Shown: piece by piece, positions 40,105 through 49,677 of the stretch
Layout: every line of letters begins with the position of its first letter
How positions within the stretch are numbered: the first letter of the stretch is position 1
Assembly: GCA_023229985.1 (NCBI GenBank)
Contig: JALNYF010000004.1
Location: forward strand, 1 to 60,661
Direction of reading: 5' to 3'
Length of the DNA stretch: 60,661 nucleotides
Source: Bacteroidales bacterium
GTDB taxonomy: Bacteria > Bacteroidota > Bacteroidia > Bacteroidales > WCHB1-69
The notes under the pieces: generated by a model
Told to the model about the DNA's origin: nothing
Seen by the model: only the letters and a program-made list of their open reading frames with translations
Database searches by the model: none
Position numbers and translations under genes: made by a program

Positions 40105-41650
40105 AATTGCCAATTATACTGTATCTGTTACGCAAAAAACAGATTTGCGACAAGCTGTCATCAACAAATATGCTATTTCGGCTGACGACATCGTCGATTT
40201 TAAAATTTTACGTTGCTCCATTGACGCGCGAAAACGCGATGATATTTTATATAACTATCAGTTTTACTTAAATTTAAAAAAAGAATATCCGCATTTATTG
40301 GCTTTGCCAAACATAACACTGGCGAAACCTCAACCGATTCTTGAATATCCGCAATGGAGCCAACAGCTGCCACCGGTGGTTGTCGGTTTCGGACCTGCCG
40401 GCATGTTTGCAGCACTTTACTTGGCACGTTGCCACGCCCGCCCTATCATTATTGAGAGGGGAAGTGAAATTGAAAAACGGAAAGAAGAAGTTGCCAATTT
40501 TTTGAATAACAAACAGTTAAATGAGAACTCGAACATACAGTTTGGCGAAGGCGGTGCGGGGGCATTTTCCGATGGCAAACTCACTACCAATATCAACAGC
40601 GAGTGGATTGATTTTGTACTGCAAGAGTTTTATCAGCATGGAGCCACGGAGGACGTTACTTACATGAGCAATCCTCACGTTGGCACCGATTATTTGGAAA
40701 TTGTGGTCAAAAATATGCGCAAAGAAATTCAATCATTGGGAGGGACTTTTTATTTTAATACCGTTTTTACAGATTTTAAAAAAGAAAAAGAAGAGATTAA
40801 AATATTGTGTAATAATAATTTAGAATTTGACACGCAACACCTATTGCTCTGTCTGGGGCATTCTGCGCGGGACACCATTCGTACTTTATTCGACAAAGGT
40901 TTAAAGATGGAGCCCAAGAGTTTTTCAATGGGAGTTCGGATAGAACATTTACAAAGTAAAATTAACAAAATGCAGTACGGACGTTTTGCGCCGTTTTTAC
41001 CACCGGCTTCATACAAGGGCGTTGTGCATTTGAAAAAACGTAGTGTTTATACGTTTTGCATGTGTCCGGGCGGTACGGTAATGGCATCTGCAAGCGAAGA
41101 AAAAAGTATCGTAACCAACGGAATGAGCAATAAAAAACGAGATGGGATCAATGCCAACGCTGCACTATTAGTCGGCATCAATCCTTCAGATTTTTTTGTT
41201 GATAATCCATTAGACGGGCTCAGTTATCAGGAAAAATACGAAAAAATGGCTTTTGCGATTTCGGGAGATTATAAAGCCCCATGCAATTTGTTGGCAGAGT
41301 TTATGACAAACAAAGTAGCTACTGCGGCGCGAAGCATCATTCCCTCCTACCCTCACGGAGTAATTTATTGTCAATTAGACAGATGTCTGCCTTCTTATGT
41401 TGTTCGTTCCATACGTGAAGCCATTCCGTTATTGAATAAAAAGTTGAAAGGATTTCAAGATGAAGATGCCGTATTAACAGGTATTGAGACCCGCTCTTCA
41501 TCGCCTATTAGGATATTACGCGATGAAAACCGGATGTCCACTGTTTCGGGTATTTACCCTGTGGGTGAAGGTGCCGGCTACGCCGGAGGAATTACCAGCG
41601 CAGCCATCGACGGACTGAAAACAGCCATGCAAATTAGTGGCGGACGATAA
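40094..41650 (+). CDS. uncharacterized FAD-dependent dehydrogenase (COG2509-like)
   Basis: VVVGFGPAGMFAAL...IERG...GEGGAGAFSDGKL...YPVGEGAGYAGGI. It overlaps the upstream flavoprotein gene by 11 nt. Confidence 0.75.
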   Translation: MEIKIANYTVSVTQKTDLRQAVINKYAISADDIVDFKILRCSIDARKRDDILYNYQFYLNLKKEYPHLLALPNITLAKPQPILEYPQWSQQLPPVVVGFGPAGMFAALYLARCHARPIIIERGSEIEKRKEEVANFLNNKQLNENSNIQFGEGGAGAFSDGKLTTNINSEWIDFVLQEFYQHGATEDVTYMSNPHVGTDYLEIVVKNMRKEIQSLGGTFYFNTVFTDFKKEKEEIKILCNNNLEFDTQHLLLCLGHSARDTIRTLFDKGLKMEPKSFSMGVRIEHLQSKINKMQYGRFAPFLPPASYKGVVHLKKRSVYTFCMCPGGTVMASASEEKSIVTNGMSNKKRDGINANAALLVGINPSDFFVDNPLDGLSYQEKYEKMAFAISGDYKAPCNLLAEFMTNKVATAARSIIPSYPHGVIYCQLDRCLPSYVVRSIREAIPLLNKKLKGFQDEDAVLTGIETRSSSPIRILRDENRMSTVSGIYPVGEGAGYAGGITSAAIDGLKTAMQISGGR

Positions 41651-44600
41651 TTTTTCGACTGATAATTCTCTCATCAGTTGTTATGATATCAATCAAATAT
41701 ACACCCGGCGCGTAATCTTCCGTATTCAAATAATAAATATTTCCACTCATCGAATATAAATCTATGAGTTGCCCTGATATGGAAACTACTCGTATTAGTT
41801 GCATATTTTCGGCTTCTATTGTTACCAAATGATCGGCAGGATTCGGATATATATTGCAATAAATCAATACATTATCTTCAACAGAATTAATAACGTTAAT
41901 TGTAAAATAAGCCGTGTCACTGCAGCCGAATTCATTGCTGACAATTACATAATAAGTTGTAGTATCCGCCGGATAAACTGTAATAGATTGGGTCGTATCG
42001 CCTGTACTCCACTCATAACTACTGCCTTCACTCGCTATTAGAGTCGCAGCTTCTCCAGAGAAGACAGCCGAATCACCGGTAATAACGGCATCGGGATTTT
42101 CATAAATTGTCAAATCTAAGGTCACCACACTATCGCAGCCTGCTGCATTCGTTAAAGTGAAAGTCGGCGTGTTGGTGCTTGCGGTGTAGTTATTTCCGTC
42201 TATCCAAGTGTAACTGTCGCACGCACTTTGCACGTCTGTAGCGATTGTGGAATGGTTGATGGTCAAATCCAAGGTCACCACACTATCGCAGCCTGCTGCA
42301 TTCGTTAAAGTGAAAGTCGGCGTGTTGGTGCTTGCGGTGTAGGTATTTCCGTCTATCCAAGTGTAACTGTCGCACGCGCTTTGCACGTCTGTCCCAATTG
42401 TGGAGTGATTGATAGTCAAATGCAAGGTCACCAAACTATCGCAGCCTGCTGCATTGGTTAAAGTGAATGTCGGCGTGTTGGTACTTGCGGTGTAGGTATT
42501 TCCGTCTATCCAAGTGTAACTGTCGCACGCGCTTTGCACGTCCGTCCCGATTGTGGAGTGATTGATGGTCAAATTCAAGGTCACCAAACTATCGCAGCCT
42601 GCTGCATTGGTTAAAGTGAATGTCGGCGTGTTGGTACTTGCGGTGTAGGTATTTCCGTCTATCCAAGTGTAACTGTCGCACGCGCTTTGCACGTCCGTCC
42701 CGATTGTGGAGTGATTGATGGTCAAATTCAAGGTCACCAAACTATCGCAGCCTGCTGCATTGGTTAAAGTGAATGTCGGGGTGTTGGTGCTTGCGGTGTA
42801 GGTATTTCCGTCTATCCAAGTGTAACTTTCGCACGCAGTTTGCACGTCCGTACCGATTGTGGAGTGGTTGATGGTCAAATCCAAGGTCACCACACTATCG
42901 CAACCCGCCGTATTGGTCAAAGTGAAAGTCGGCGTGTCGGTACTTGCAGTGTAGGTATTTCCGTCTATCCAAGTGTAACTTTCGCACGCAGTTTGCACGT
43001 CTGTCCCGATTGTGGAGTGATTGATGGTCAAATGCAAGGTCACCACACTATCGCAGCCCGCCGCATTAGTCAAAGTGAAAGTCGGCGTGTTGGTACTTGC
43101 GGTGTAGGTATTTCCGTCTATCCATGTGTAACTGTCGCACGCACTTTGCACATCCGTAGCGATTGTGGAGTGGTTGATGGTCAAATCCAACGTCACCACA
43201 CTATCGCAGCCCGCCGCATTGGTTAAAGTGAAAGTCGGGGTGTTAGTACTTGCGGTGTAGGTATTTCCGTCTATCCAAGTGTAACTTTCGCACGCAGTTT
43301 GCACGTCTGTCCCGATTGTGGAGTGGTTGATGGTCAAATCCAACGTCACCACACTATCGCAGCCCGCCGCATTGGTTAAAGTGAAAGTCGGGGTGTCGGT
43401 ACTTGCGGTGTAGGTATTTCCGTCTATCCAAGTGTAACTTTCGCACGCAGTTTGCACGTCCGTTCCGATTGTGGAGTTATTGATGGTCAAATGCAACGTA
43501 ACCACACTATCGCAGCCCGCCGCATTAGTTAAAGTGAAAGTCGGTGTGTTAGTACTTGCGGTGTAGGTATTTCCGTCAATCCAAGTGTAACTTTCGCACG
43601 CACTTTGCACGTCCGTTCCGATTGTAGAGTGGTTGATGGTCAAATTCAGTGTAATAACGGAATCCTCATCTATCGTCCATGTTGGCGTGTTGGTACTTTC
43701 ATAGTATGTAATTCCGTCCATCCAAACAAAAGAATCACAACTCGTTACATAATCAACTCCCGGCACAGAAATGTTAATCGTTAAATGCAAGGTGATAACA
43801 GAATCACAACCGTTGGCATCTTGTAAAGTAAACGTTGGCGTGTTCGTACTTTCCGTATAGGTAACACCGTCAATCCATGTAAAACTATCAAAATGGGTTT
43901 GATAATCAATTGTTTCTGAAGTTCTATGAATTGTTAAGTGCAATGTTATTGTGCTATCGCAACCATCCGCATTGATCAAAGTGAAAGTCGGCGTGTTGGT
44001 ACTTTCGGTGTATGTATTTCCGTCTATCCAAGTGTAACTTTCGCACGCGCTTTGTACGTCAATAGCGGTCGTAGCGCTTTTAATCGTCAAATTCAAAGTA
44101 ACAATAGAATCGCAACCGTCCGCATTGATCAAAGTGAAAGTCGGCGTGTTGGTACTTTCTGTGTATGTATTTCCGTCTATCCAAGTGTAACTTTCGCACG
44201 CGCTTTGTACGTCAATAGCGGTCGTAGCGCTTTTAATCGTCAAATTCAAAGTAACAATAGAATCGCAACCATCCGCATTGATCAAAGTGAAAGTCGGCGT
44301 GTTGGTGCTTGCGGTGTATGTATTTCCGTCTATCCAAGTGTAACTTTCGCACGCGCTTTGTACGTCAATGCCGGTCGTAGCGCTTTTAATCGTCAAATTC
44401 AAAGTAACAATAGAATCGCAGCCGGCAACATTGTTCAATGAATGAGTTTGATAAATGATCCCCGGAACTTGCGTTTCCGTCTCAGAAATATCAAATCCGT
44501 TTGCGAGGTATGATTCGCCTTGACAAATAGCATCGTAAATATCTGTTGTGTCAGCAGTAACCACCGTGAGAAATAATACATTAGTATAATGGCAATAGTC

Positions 44601-47114
44601 GTTTTCCGTAACATCTTGATAGTAAGTACCATTACTATTTTCATTAAAGCCATTCAGGAGATAGGTTTCCCCTTCACAAATGGAAGCATAAAATAATATG
44701 CTGTCTGTTGCATTTGTTGTGTAATTAATTGTACCACAATTATATACAATTTTAATACTATTTAAATATGAAGCACCACCAGTCATATTGAGGTAGAAAA
44801 ATCTGAATTGTTGTTCGGGCGCTATTTCCCAAGAAATGGTGGCAGCATTATCCACACCCACCTGTTCTGCTAATTCCGTTCCTTCGGAAAGGAAAGTACT
44901 CTTCGATAAGGAGTCGGAAGCGGACAAATAAGGTGTCCAATAACGGGGAGTTCCGGTTTGTCCGCCAACAATGTCAATGCGCGTAATTGCGCCCGGAACA
45001 GGGGTTATATTATACGGAAGCGTACCTCTATCGGGGCGACATTGCAGAGTGGTTTGAGTGGTATTAGAATACAAATCCATTAAACCGTACAGCGTATCTT
45101 GACGATTGGTAGATATGGCTTCCCACAAATCATCCATATTATATGCTAAAGCCCCTTCCTCGAAATTGCTTCGGGTAATTTCGATGCTGTCGGTGGTAGT
45201 TAAATTTAAGTCTGTTTTTGAAAATAACGCGTATAAAACCGTGTCGGAAGTAGCGGATAACTGACTAATAAAAGCAGGTGCTTCTGCTGTCAAATTGGTT
45301 GGCGTTGATGTCCAACCAACAAAATCATAATCGCCGCAACCATCAATGGATGGCAAAGTAATCGGAGCCTCCCCTTCAGTATAAGTGATTGGCGCGACGG
45401 CCGTTACTGAACCATTCACAACAAATGAAATTTCATAGTTATTCGGCATTAATGTTGTGGCAGGCTCTACAACGCTGTAAGCAGTGTCGAAACCATTGAT
45501 GGCATAACTGGAAAAATAATAAGTGGTATTTGCGGATAGCGACAAATCTTGTTGAAAGGGAACGTTGGCTTCAATGCTGTTTCCCATTTCTACAATTTCG
45601 CAATCTGCTTCCGTCAAGGACGGAAATGGATTGGTTGCACTATAAACGAAGCCATATTCAAGGCAGGCGCAAGCTTCGCCAATTTCACCAATCGAAGATG
45701 AAATGGTCAGTCCATGGTAGGTAATATCGGAAACGGTGCAAGGATTGAGAGTCGGCGGCATACTGCACGTGACAAGCGAAGGAGTAAAATCGGTTAAGCT
45801 TCGAGGAATAATTTGCACAGTGGTATTATAAAGCAAAACAACGCCGGTAATATCTTGAGCTTGCGCAGGAATGGGTGTTCCGATATAGTCCAAATCGGTG
45901 TAATGAGTTCGTAAAACGGGATTATTTCCACCGTTTAAGTTATAATTCGTAGCGGCCACAAAATCGCCAATTCCTTCAATCAAGACATTGTTGATTCTGA
46001 TCACTTGTGCCGGATAATTACCGGCTTCCGGCAAAGAGACAGAAATAGGAACTATTTCGTTGTTATGCGAAGTGGCAGCTCCGGCATCCAAAGCCGGCAA
46101 AAATTGCAACATGCCATTATAGAGATTCAAAGTCCCCACAATTCCGGTAATGCCATCACCTTGGGAATAGAGAGTAGTAATGATGCCACCATTGTCATCT
46201 ATTAGAATCCCCGCAGTGCCATCTTGTATGTATTTGGCATTGCGCACAGAAGATTGCATAGTGATAATGGCTTCCCCTGTGAGTCGATATAAAGTATTGC
46301 CGGTTTCACCTTGACGAAGCTCGGCAATATTGGCGACATCGATAGGAAATGTGTAAGTCGCTGTTGAAACGTAACTTGTGTCATTTTCATTACAAGCAAT
46401 CGCTTTTAAGACAGTCGTAGTGTTCAATAAAATAGGAAGAGAATAAACCTGCGACAGGCTATTAGGCGTACTTCCGTCTGTAGTATATAAAATGGTCGTA
46501 TTGGGCGTTGTACATGTGATCGTCACCTCCTGCGGCTCAAAATAATTTCCTGAAGAAACAGAAAAAGTGGGAGTAGCTATTGTACTGTTATTGACATATT
46601 TATAAAATTTTGTGACCGTTTGGGCAATATTGGCTTGCGTATAAGCGGTATAGCAACGCCAATCCGGATTTGTGATATAAACTCCCATAAATCTCGATGT
46701 TCCAAGATGTTGAAGCCAATTCGAGTCGAGGACAAAAGTTTTGCTAACATTAGTTCCCACGCGAACACCGTTGTTGGTATTGGTACAATAGAGCCAAGTT
46801 GTGGTTGTACCATTGGGATAGAAAATATAGCCGAGAGCATCGCCACCGATATTCCACTTCAAATCATCGGGAATATCGCCAATGATGGCAGTTTTCGTTT
46901 CATTAAACGTAACACTTACAGCTGTCGGAGCGGAAGCGGTGCCGTTAGCAGATGTGAGTGCTTTGCTAGAAGTGGTATCGACAATGAGAAAGATATCGGA
47001 ACTTGTCAAATCCGTAATGGCTACCTCCTCCCACGATTGAGCTTTTACGCCGTTGAATGAAATAACGAAACACAGCATTAAAAATAATGCTTTATAAATG
47101 GTAATCTTTTTCAT
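41634..47114 (-). CDS. giant T9SS-sorted cell-surface repeat protein (function unknown)
   Basis: 1826 aa with a signal peptide (MKKITIYKALFLMLCFVISFNGVKAQ). A chitobiase/FN3-associated-like module spans about aa 179-241, followed by an OB-like module. About 17 tandem 51-aa two-Cys repeats follow, then an Ig-like module and a C-terminal T9SS type A sorting domain. Confidence 0.85.
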   Translation of the reverse strand: MKKITIYKALFLMLCFVISFNGVKAQSWEEVAITDLTSSDIFLIVDTTSSKALTSANGTASAPTAVSVTFNETKTAIIGDIPDDLKWNIGGDALGYIFYPNGTTTTWLYCTNTNNGVRVGTNVSKTFVLDSNWLQHLGTSRFMGVYITNPDWRCYTAYTQANIAQTVTKFYKYVNNSTIATPTFSVSSGNYFEPQEVTITCTTPNTTILYTTDGSTPNSLSQVYSLPILLNTTTVLKAIACNENDTSYVSTATYTFPIDVANIAELRQGETGNTLYRLTGEAIITMQSSVRNAKYIQDGTAGILIDDNGGIITTLYSQGDGITGIVGTLNLYNGMLQFLPALDAGAATSHNNEIVPISVSLPEAGNYPAQVIRINNVLIEGIGDFVAATNYNLNGGNNPVLRTHYTDLDYIGTPIPAQAQDITGVVLLYNTTVQIIPRSLTDFTPSLVTCSMPPTLNPCTVSDITYHGLTISSSIGEIGEACACLEYGFVYSATNPFPSLTEADCEIVEMGNSIEANVPFQQDLSLSANTTYYFSSYAINGFDTAYSVVEPATTLMPNNYEISFVVNGSVTAVAPITYTEGEAPITLPSIDGCGDYDFVGWTSTPTNLTAEAPAFISQLSATSDTVLYALFSKTDLNLTTTDSIEITRSNFEEGALAYNMDDLWEAISTNRQDTLYGLMDLYSNTTQTTLQCRPDRGTLPYNITPVPGAITRIDIVGGQTGTPRYWTPYLSASDSLSKSTFLSEGTELAEQVGVDNAATISWEIAPEQQFRFFYLNMTGGASYLNSIKIVYNCGTINYTTNATDSILFYASICEGETYLLNGFNENSNGTYYQDVTENDYCHYTNVLFLTVVTADTTDIYDAICQGESYLANGFDISETETQVPGIIYQTHSLNNVAGCDSIVTLNLTIKSATTGIDVQSACESYTWIDGNTYTASTNTPTFTLINADGCDSIVTLNLTIKSATTAIDVQSACESYTWIDGNTYTESTNTPTFTLINADGCDSIVTLNLTIKSATTAIDVQSACESYTWIDGNTYTESTNTPTFTLINADGCDSTITLHLTIHRTSETIDYQTHFDSFTWIDGVTYTESTNTPTFTLQDANGCDSVITLHLTINISVPGVDYVTSCDSFVWMDGITYYESTNTPTWTIDEDSVITLNLTINHSTIGTDVQSACESYTWIDGNTYTASTNTPTFTLTNAAGCDSVVTLHLTINNSTIGTDVQTACESYTWIDGNTYTASTDTPTFTLTNAAGCDSVVTLDLTINHSTIGTDVQTACESYTWIDGNTYTASTNTPTFTLTNAAGCDSVVTLDLTINHSTIATDVQSACDSYTWIDGNTYTASTNTPTFTLTNAAGCDSVVTLHLTINHSTIGTDVQTACESYTWIDGNTYTASTDTPTFTLTNTAGCDSVVTLDLTINHSTIGTDVQTACESYTWIDGNTYTASTNTPTFTLTNAAGCDSLVTLNLTINHSTIGTDVQSACDSYTWIDGNTYTASTNTPTFTLTNAAGCDSLVTLNLTINHSTIGTDVQSACDSYTWIDGNTYTASTNTPTFTLTNAAGCDSLVTLHLTINHSTIGTDVQSACDSYTWIDGNTYTASTNTPTFTLTNAAGCDSVVTLDLTINHSTIATDVQSACDSYTWIDGNNYTASTNTPTFTLTNAAGCDSVVTLDLTIYENPDAVITGDSAVFSGEAATLIASEGSSYEWSTGDTTQSITVYPADTTTYYVIVSNEFGCSDTAYFTINVINSVEDNVLIYCNIYPNPADHLVTIEAENMQLIRVVSISGQLIDLYSMSGNIYYLNTEDYAPGVYLIDIITTDERIISRKIIVRH
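41637..41870 (-). other. T9SS C-terminal sorting domain (type A CTD) of the giant repeat protein
   Basis: The last ~78 aa read NIYPNPADHLVTIEAENMQLIRVVSISGQLIDLYSMSGNIYYLNTEDYAPGVYLIDIITTDERIISRKIIVRH, matching the YPNPA...G.Y...I CTD pattern. Confidence 0.8.
42104..44690 (-). repeat. in-frame tandem array of 153-bp (51-aa) units: about 15 canonical plus 2 divergent N-terminal units
   Basis: The period was measured directly: tatccaa recurs at 42201 and 42354. Unit consensus is TDVQ[ST]AC[ED]SYTWIDGNTYTAST[ND]TPTFTLTNAAGCDS[VL]VTL[HDN]LTINHSTI[GA]. 42423-42575 is identical to 42576-42728. Confidence 0.95.
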
Positions 47115-47134
47115 ATTGATATTATTTGATATTT

Positions 47135-48517
47135 CTACTTAAAAGCCCGAAGGATGTCCATTCCATTAGCATAAATCAGTAGTGCAAAGAGCAAAATAAA
47201 TCCGATTGTGTTGGCGTAGCCGATAAACTTGTCGCTGGGTTTGCGGCGGGTAATCATTTCTACCAAGATAAAAAGAATGTAGCCGCCATCTAAAGCCGGA
47301 ATGGGCAAGAAATTCATAAATGCCAGAATCAGAGAGAGAAAGGCAGTCATGTTCCAAAAAATTTCCCAATCCCATTCTTTTGGGAAAATACTGCCAATCG
47401 TTCCAAAACCGCCCAATTGTGAAGCACCTTCTTTGGTAAAGATTAATTTGAAAGACTTTACGTAATCTCCCAATTTTTGAAATCCTTTCTGAATGCCGTT
47501 AGGAATAGAACTCCAGAAACCGTAATCGACGTGTTTCGTGCCTAACAAATCAACGTAAGAAACCGGATAAACGCCCAATTTCCCTTCGTCCGTCAGAGTT
47601 GTTTGCACGGTATCGACTTTGTTATTTCTACAAAAAACCAGTTTGATTGGCTGATTTTTAAGTTGTTGTAAATAAGATTGGAATTCAAAGAAGGAAAAAA
47701 TAGTAGAATCATTTAAGGCTACTAAGCTATCATTTTTTTGAAGTTTTGCCTTTTCAGCAACGGAGCCGTTCACAACCGAATCGACGATAAACGGGAAATT
47801 GAATTGGCAAAACGCCTGCTCGCCGGAAGCCAATACTTTTTGTGCAAAATCGCCGGAAAGATATACCGTATCTTTCTGATTATCACGCAAAACTTCGACG
47901 CGCGTAACATCATCTACCAATAAGGAAGTAGCAAAATCACCTAATTTTTCGTAAGTTTTTCCATCGACTGAAACGATTTCGTCCCCTGTTTTAAAACCTT
48001 CATTTTGAGCAACTTCCGAAAAATAAAGTCCATATTTTGCATTTTGCATCGGAATATATTCATCGCCCCACGTAAACAAGATCGCGACGTAGAGAATCAG
48101 TGCGGTTACGAAATTGACAAGCACCCCTCCAATGATGATAAACAGTCGTTGCCAAGCCGGTTTTGCGCGAAATTCCCATGGTTGCGGTTCTGCCGGCAAG
48201 TCGCCCGCTTTCGTGGTTTCATCCACCATACCGGCAATGCTACAATAGCCACCCAACGGCAACCAGCCAATCCCCCACTCCGTACTCTCCGAATGTTCTT
48301 TAAACAACTGCGGCGATTTGGTCGAGAAAAAACTGAATTTCCATTTCCCCTCAATCTTTTTCATTCGCATGATAGAAAAACCGGGATTGAAAAAGAGATA
48401 GAATTTTTCTACGCGGGTTTTAAAAATTCGAGCAAAAAAGTAATGTCCCAATTCATGAACAAAAACTAATATTGATAAGCTTAAAATTAATCCGATAATT
48501 TGTGTCGTAATTCCCAT
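47135..48517 (-). CDS. rseP: RIP metalloprotease RseP (site-2 protease)
   Basis: HELGHYFFAR (HExxH), a central PDZ region and C-terminal NFLPIPALDGG. It lies directly downstream of dxr, the conserved pairing. Confidence 0.92.
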   Translation of the reverse strand: MGITTQIIGLILSLSILVFVHELGHYFFARIFKTRVEKFYLFFNPGFSIMRMKKIEGKWKFSFFSTKSPQLFKEHSESTEWGIGWLPLGGYCSIAGMVDETTKAGDLPAEPQPWEFRAKPAWQRLFIIIGGVLVNFVTALILYVAILFTWGDEYIPMQNAKYGLYFSEVAQNEGFKTGDEIVSVDGKTYEKLGDFATSLLVDDVTRVEVLRDNQKDTVYLSGDFAQKVLASGEQAFCQFNFPFIVDSVVNGSVAEKAKLQKNDSLVALNDSTIFSFFEFQSYLQQLKNQPIKLVFCRNNKVDTVQTTLTDEGKLGVYPVSYVDLLGTKHVDYGFWSSIPNGIQKGFQKLGDYVKSFKLIFTKEGASQLGGFGTIGSIFPKEWDWEIFWNMTAFLSLILAFMNFLPIPALDGGYILFILVEMITRRKPSDKFIGYANTIGFILLFALLIYANGMDILRAFK

Positions 48518-48519
48518 TT

Positions 48520-49677
48520 TTATTTAATTGATTGTAAAACAGTTTGTTTAATATCTTGATCTATAGCCAAATAATCATCAACAGAACTTGGATTGGAATA
48601 ATCTGCATGCGTTAAGGCATCTTCAATTATGCGCGGAATATCGTAGAATCCGATTTTATCATGCAAAAACAGTGCCACCGCCATTTCATTGGCGGCATTA
48701 AGCACGCAAGGCATACAACCGCCGCCACGAGAAGCCCTATACGCTAAATTCAGACAAGGGAAAGTCTCTAAATCGGGGGCTTCAAAAGTAAGATGTGGAT
48801 GCTCCGAAAAATGGAGCCGCGGCAACCTGTTTCCGCAGCGATAAGGATAAGTAAGTGCGTATTGGATAGGTAGTTTCATATCCGGTAAACCCAACTGGGC
48901 TTTGATGGAGCCGTCTTGAAATTCAACCAACGAATGTACAATGGATTGCGGATGAATGACCACTTCAATCTTATCCAACGGGGTATTGAACAGCCACTTA
49001 GCCTCAATCACTTCCAACCCTTTATTCATTAAAGTTGCACTGTCAATGGTAATTTTATGACCCATACTCCAATTCGGGTGCTTCAATGCCTGCGCCTTGG
49101 TAACAGTTCGCAGAAAATCGGCAGTTTTCCCTCTGAAAGGACCGCCCGAGGCAGTAATGATAATTCTTTCTATCGGATTATGAAACTCACCCGCCAACGA
49201 TTGGAAAATGGCAGAATGCTCTGAATCAATCGGATAGATATTGACTCCGTTTTCATAAGCTGTTTGAGTCATTAAGTCGCCGGCAACCACCAACGTTTCT
49301 TTGTTTGCCAAAGCAATTTGTTTGCGTGCTTCAATGGCTTTATATATCGGTTTTAAACCGGCAATGCCCACAATGGCAGAAACCACCATGTCCACGCAAT
49401 CCATTTCCACCACATCATTTAAGGCTTGTTCCCCTGCAAAAACTTTGATGTCGTAATTCCAAAGAGCCTCTTTAACTTGTTCATATAAATCATCTTTGAC
49501 GATGACCGCTACATTCGGCTTAAATTTGATGGCTTGCTCAATGAGCAAAGAGGCATTGGAATAGGCAGCCAACACTTCAACCTGAAGCAGATCTGGTAAT
49601 TGCTCCGCAACTTCCAACACTTGCTTCCCTATAGAACCGGTCGAACCTAATAGTGCTATTCGCTTCTTATCTGCCAT
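48520..49677 (-). CDS. dxr: 1-deoxy-D-xylulose 5-phosphate reductoisomerase
   Basis: LGSTGSIGKQ NADPH motif, LANKE, DSEHSAIFQ and HPNWSMG. Confidence 0.96.
   Translation of the reverse strand: MADKKRIALLGSTGSIGKQVLEVAEQLPDLLQVEVLAAYSNASLLIEQAIKFKPNVAVIVKDDLYEQVKEALWNYDIKVFAGEQALNDVVEMDCVDMVVSAIVGIAGLKPIYKAIEARKQIALANKETLVVAGDLMTQTAYENGVNIYPIDSEHSAIFQSLAGEFHNPIERIIITASGGPFRGKTADFLRTVTKAQALKHPNWSMGHKITIDSATLMNKGLEVIEAKWLFNTPLDKIEVVIHPQSIVHSLVEFQDGSIKAQLGLPDMKLPIQYALTYPYRCGNRLPRLHFSEHPHLTFEAPDLETFPCLNLAYRASRGGGCMPCVLNAANEMAVALFLHDKIGFYDIPRIIEDALTHADYSNPSSVDDYLAIDQDIKQTVLQSIK

Noticed and set aside
42840-44441. Plus-strand ORFs 42840-43226 (128 aa) and 43938-44441 (167 aa) with internally repeated peptides.
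   Set aside because: They are antisense read-throughs of the 153-bp repeat array of the giant minus-strand gene. Their repetitiveness only mirrors the array, and they have no independent start context or promoter box.
42104-44690. Regularly spaced near-identical repeats that could suggest a CRISPR array.
   Set aside because: The units are 153 bp, contiguous with no unique spacers, and in frame within one long ORF encoding a coherent protein repeat. No cas genes are present in the window.
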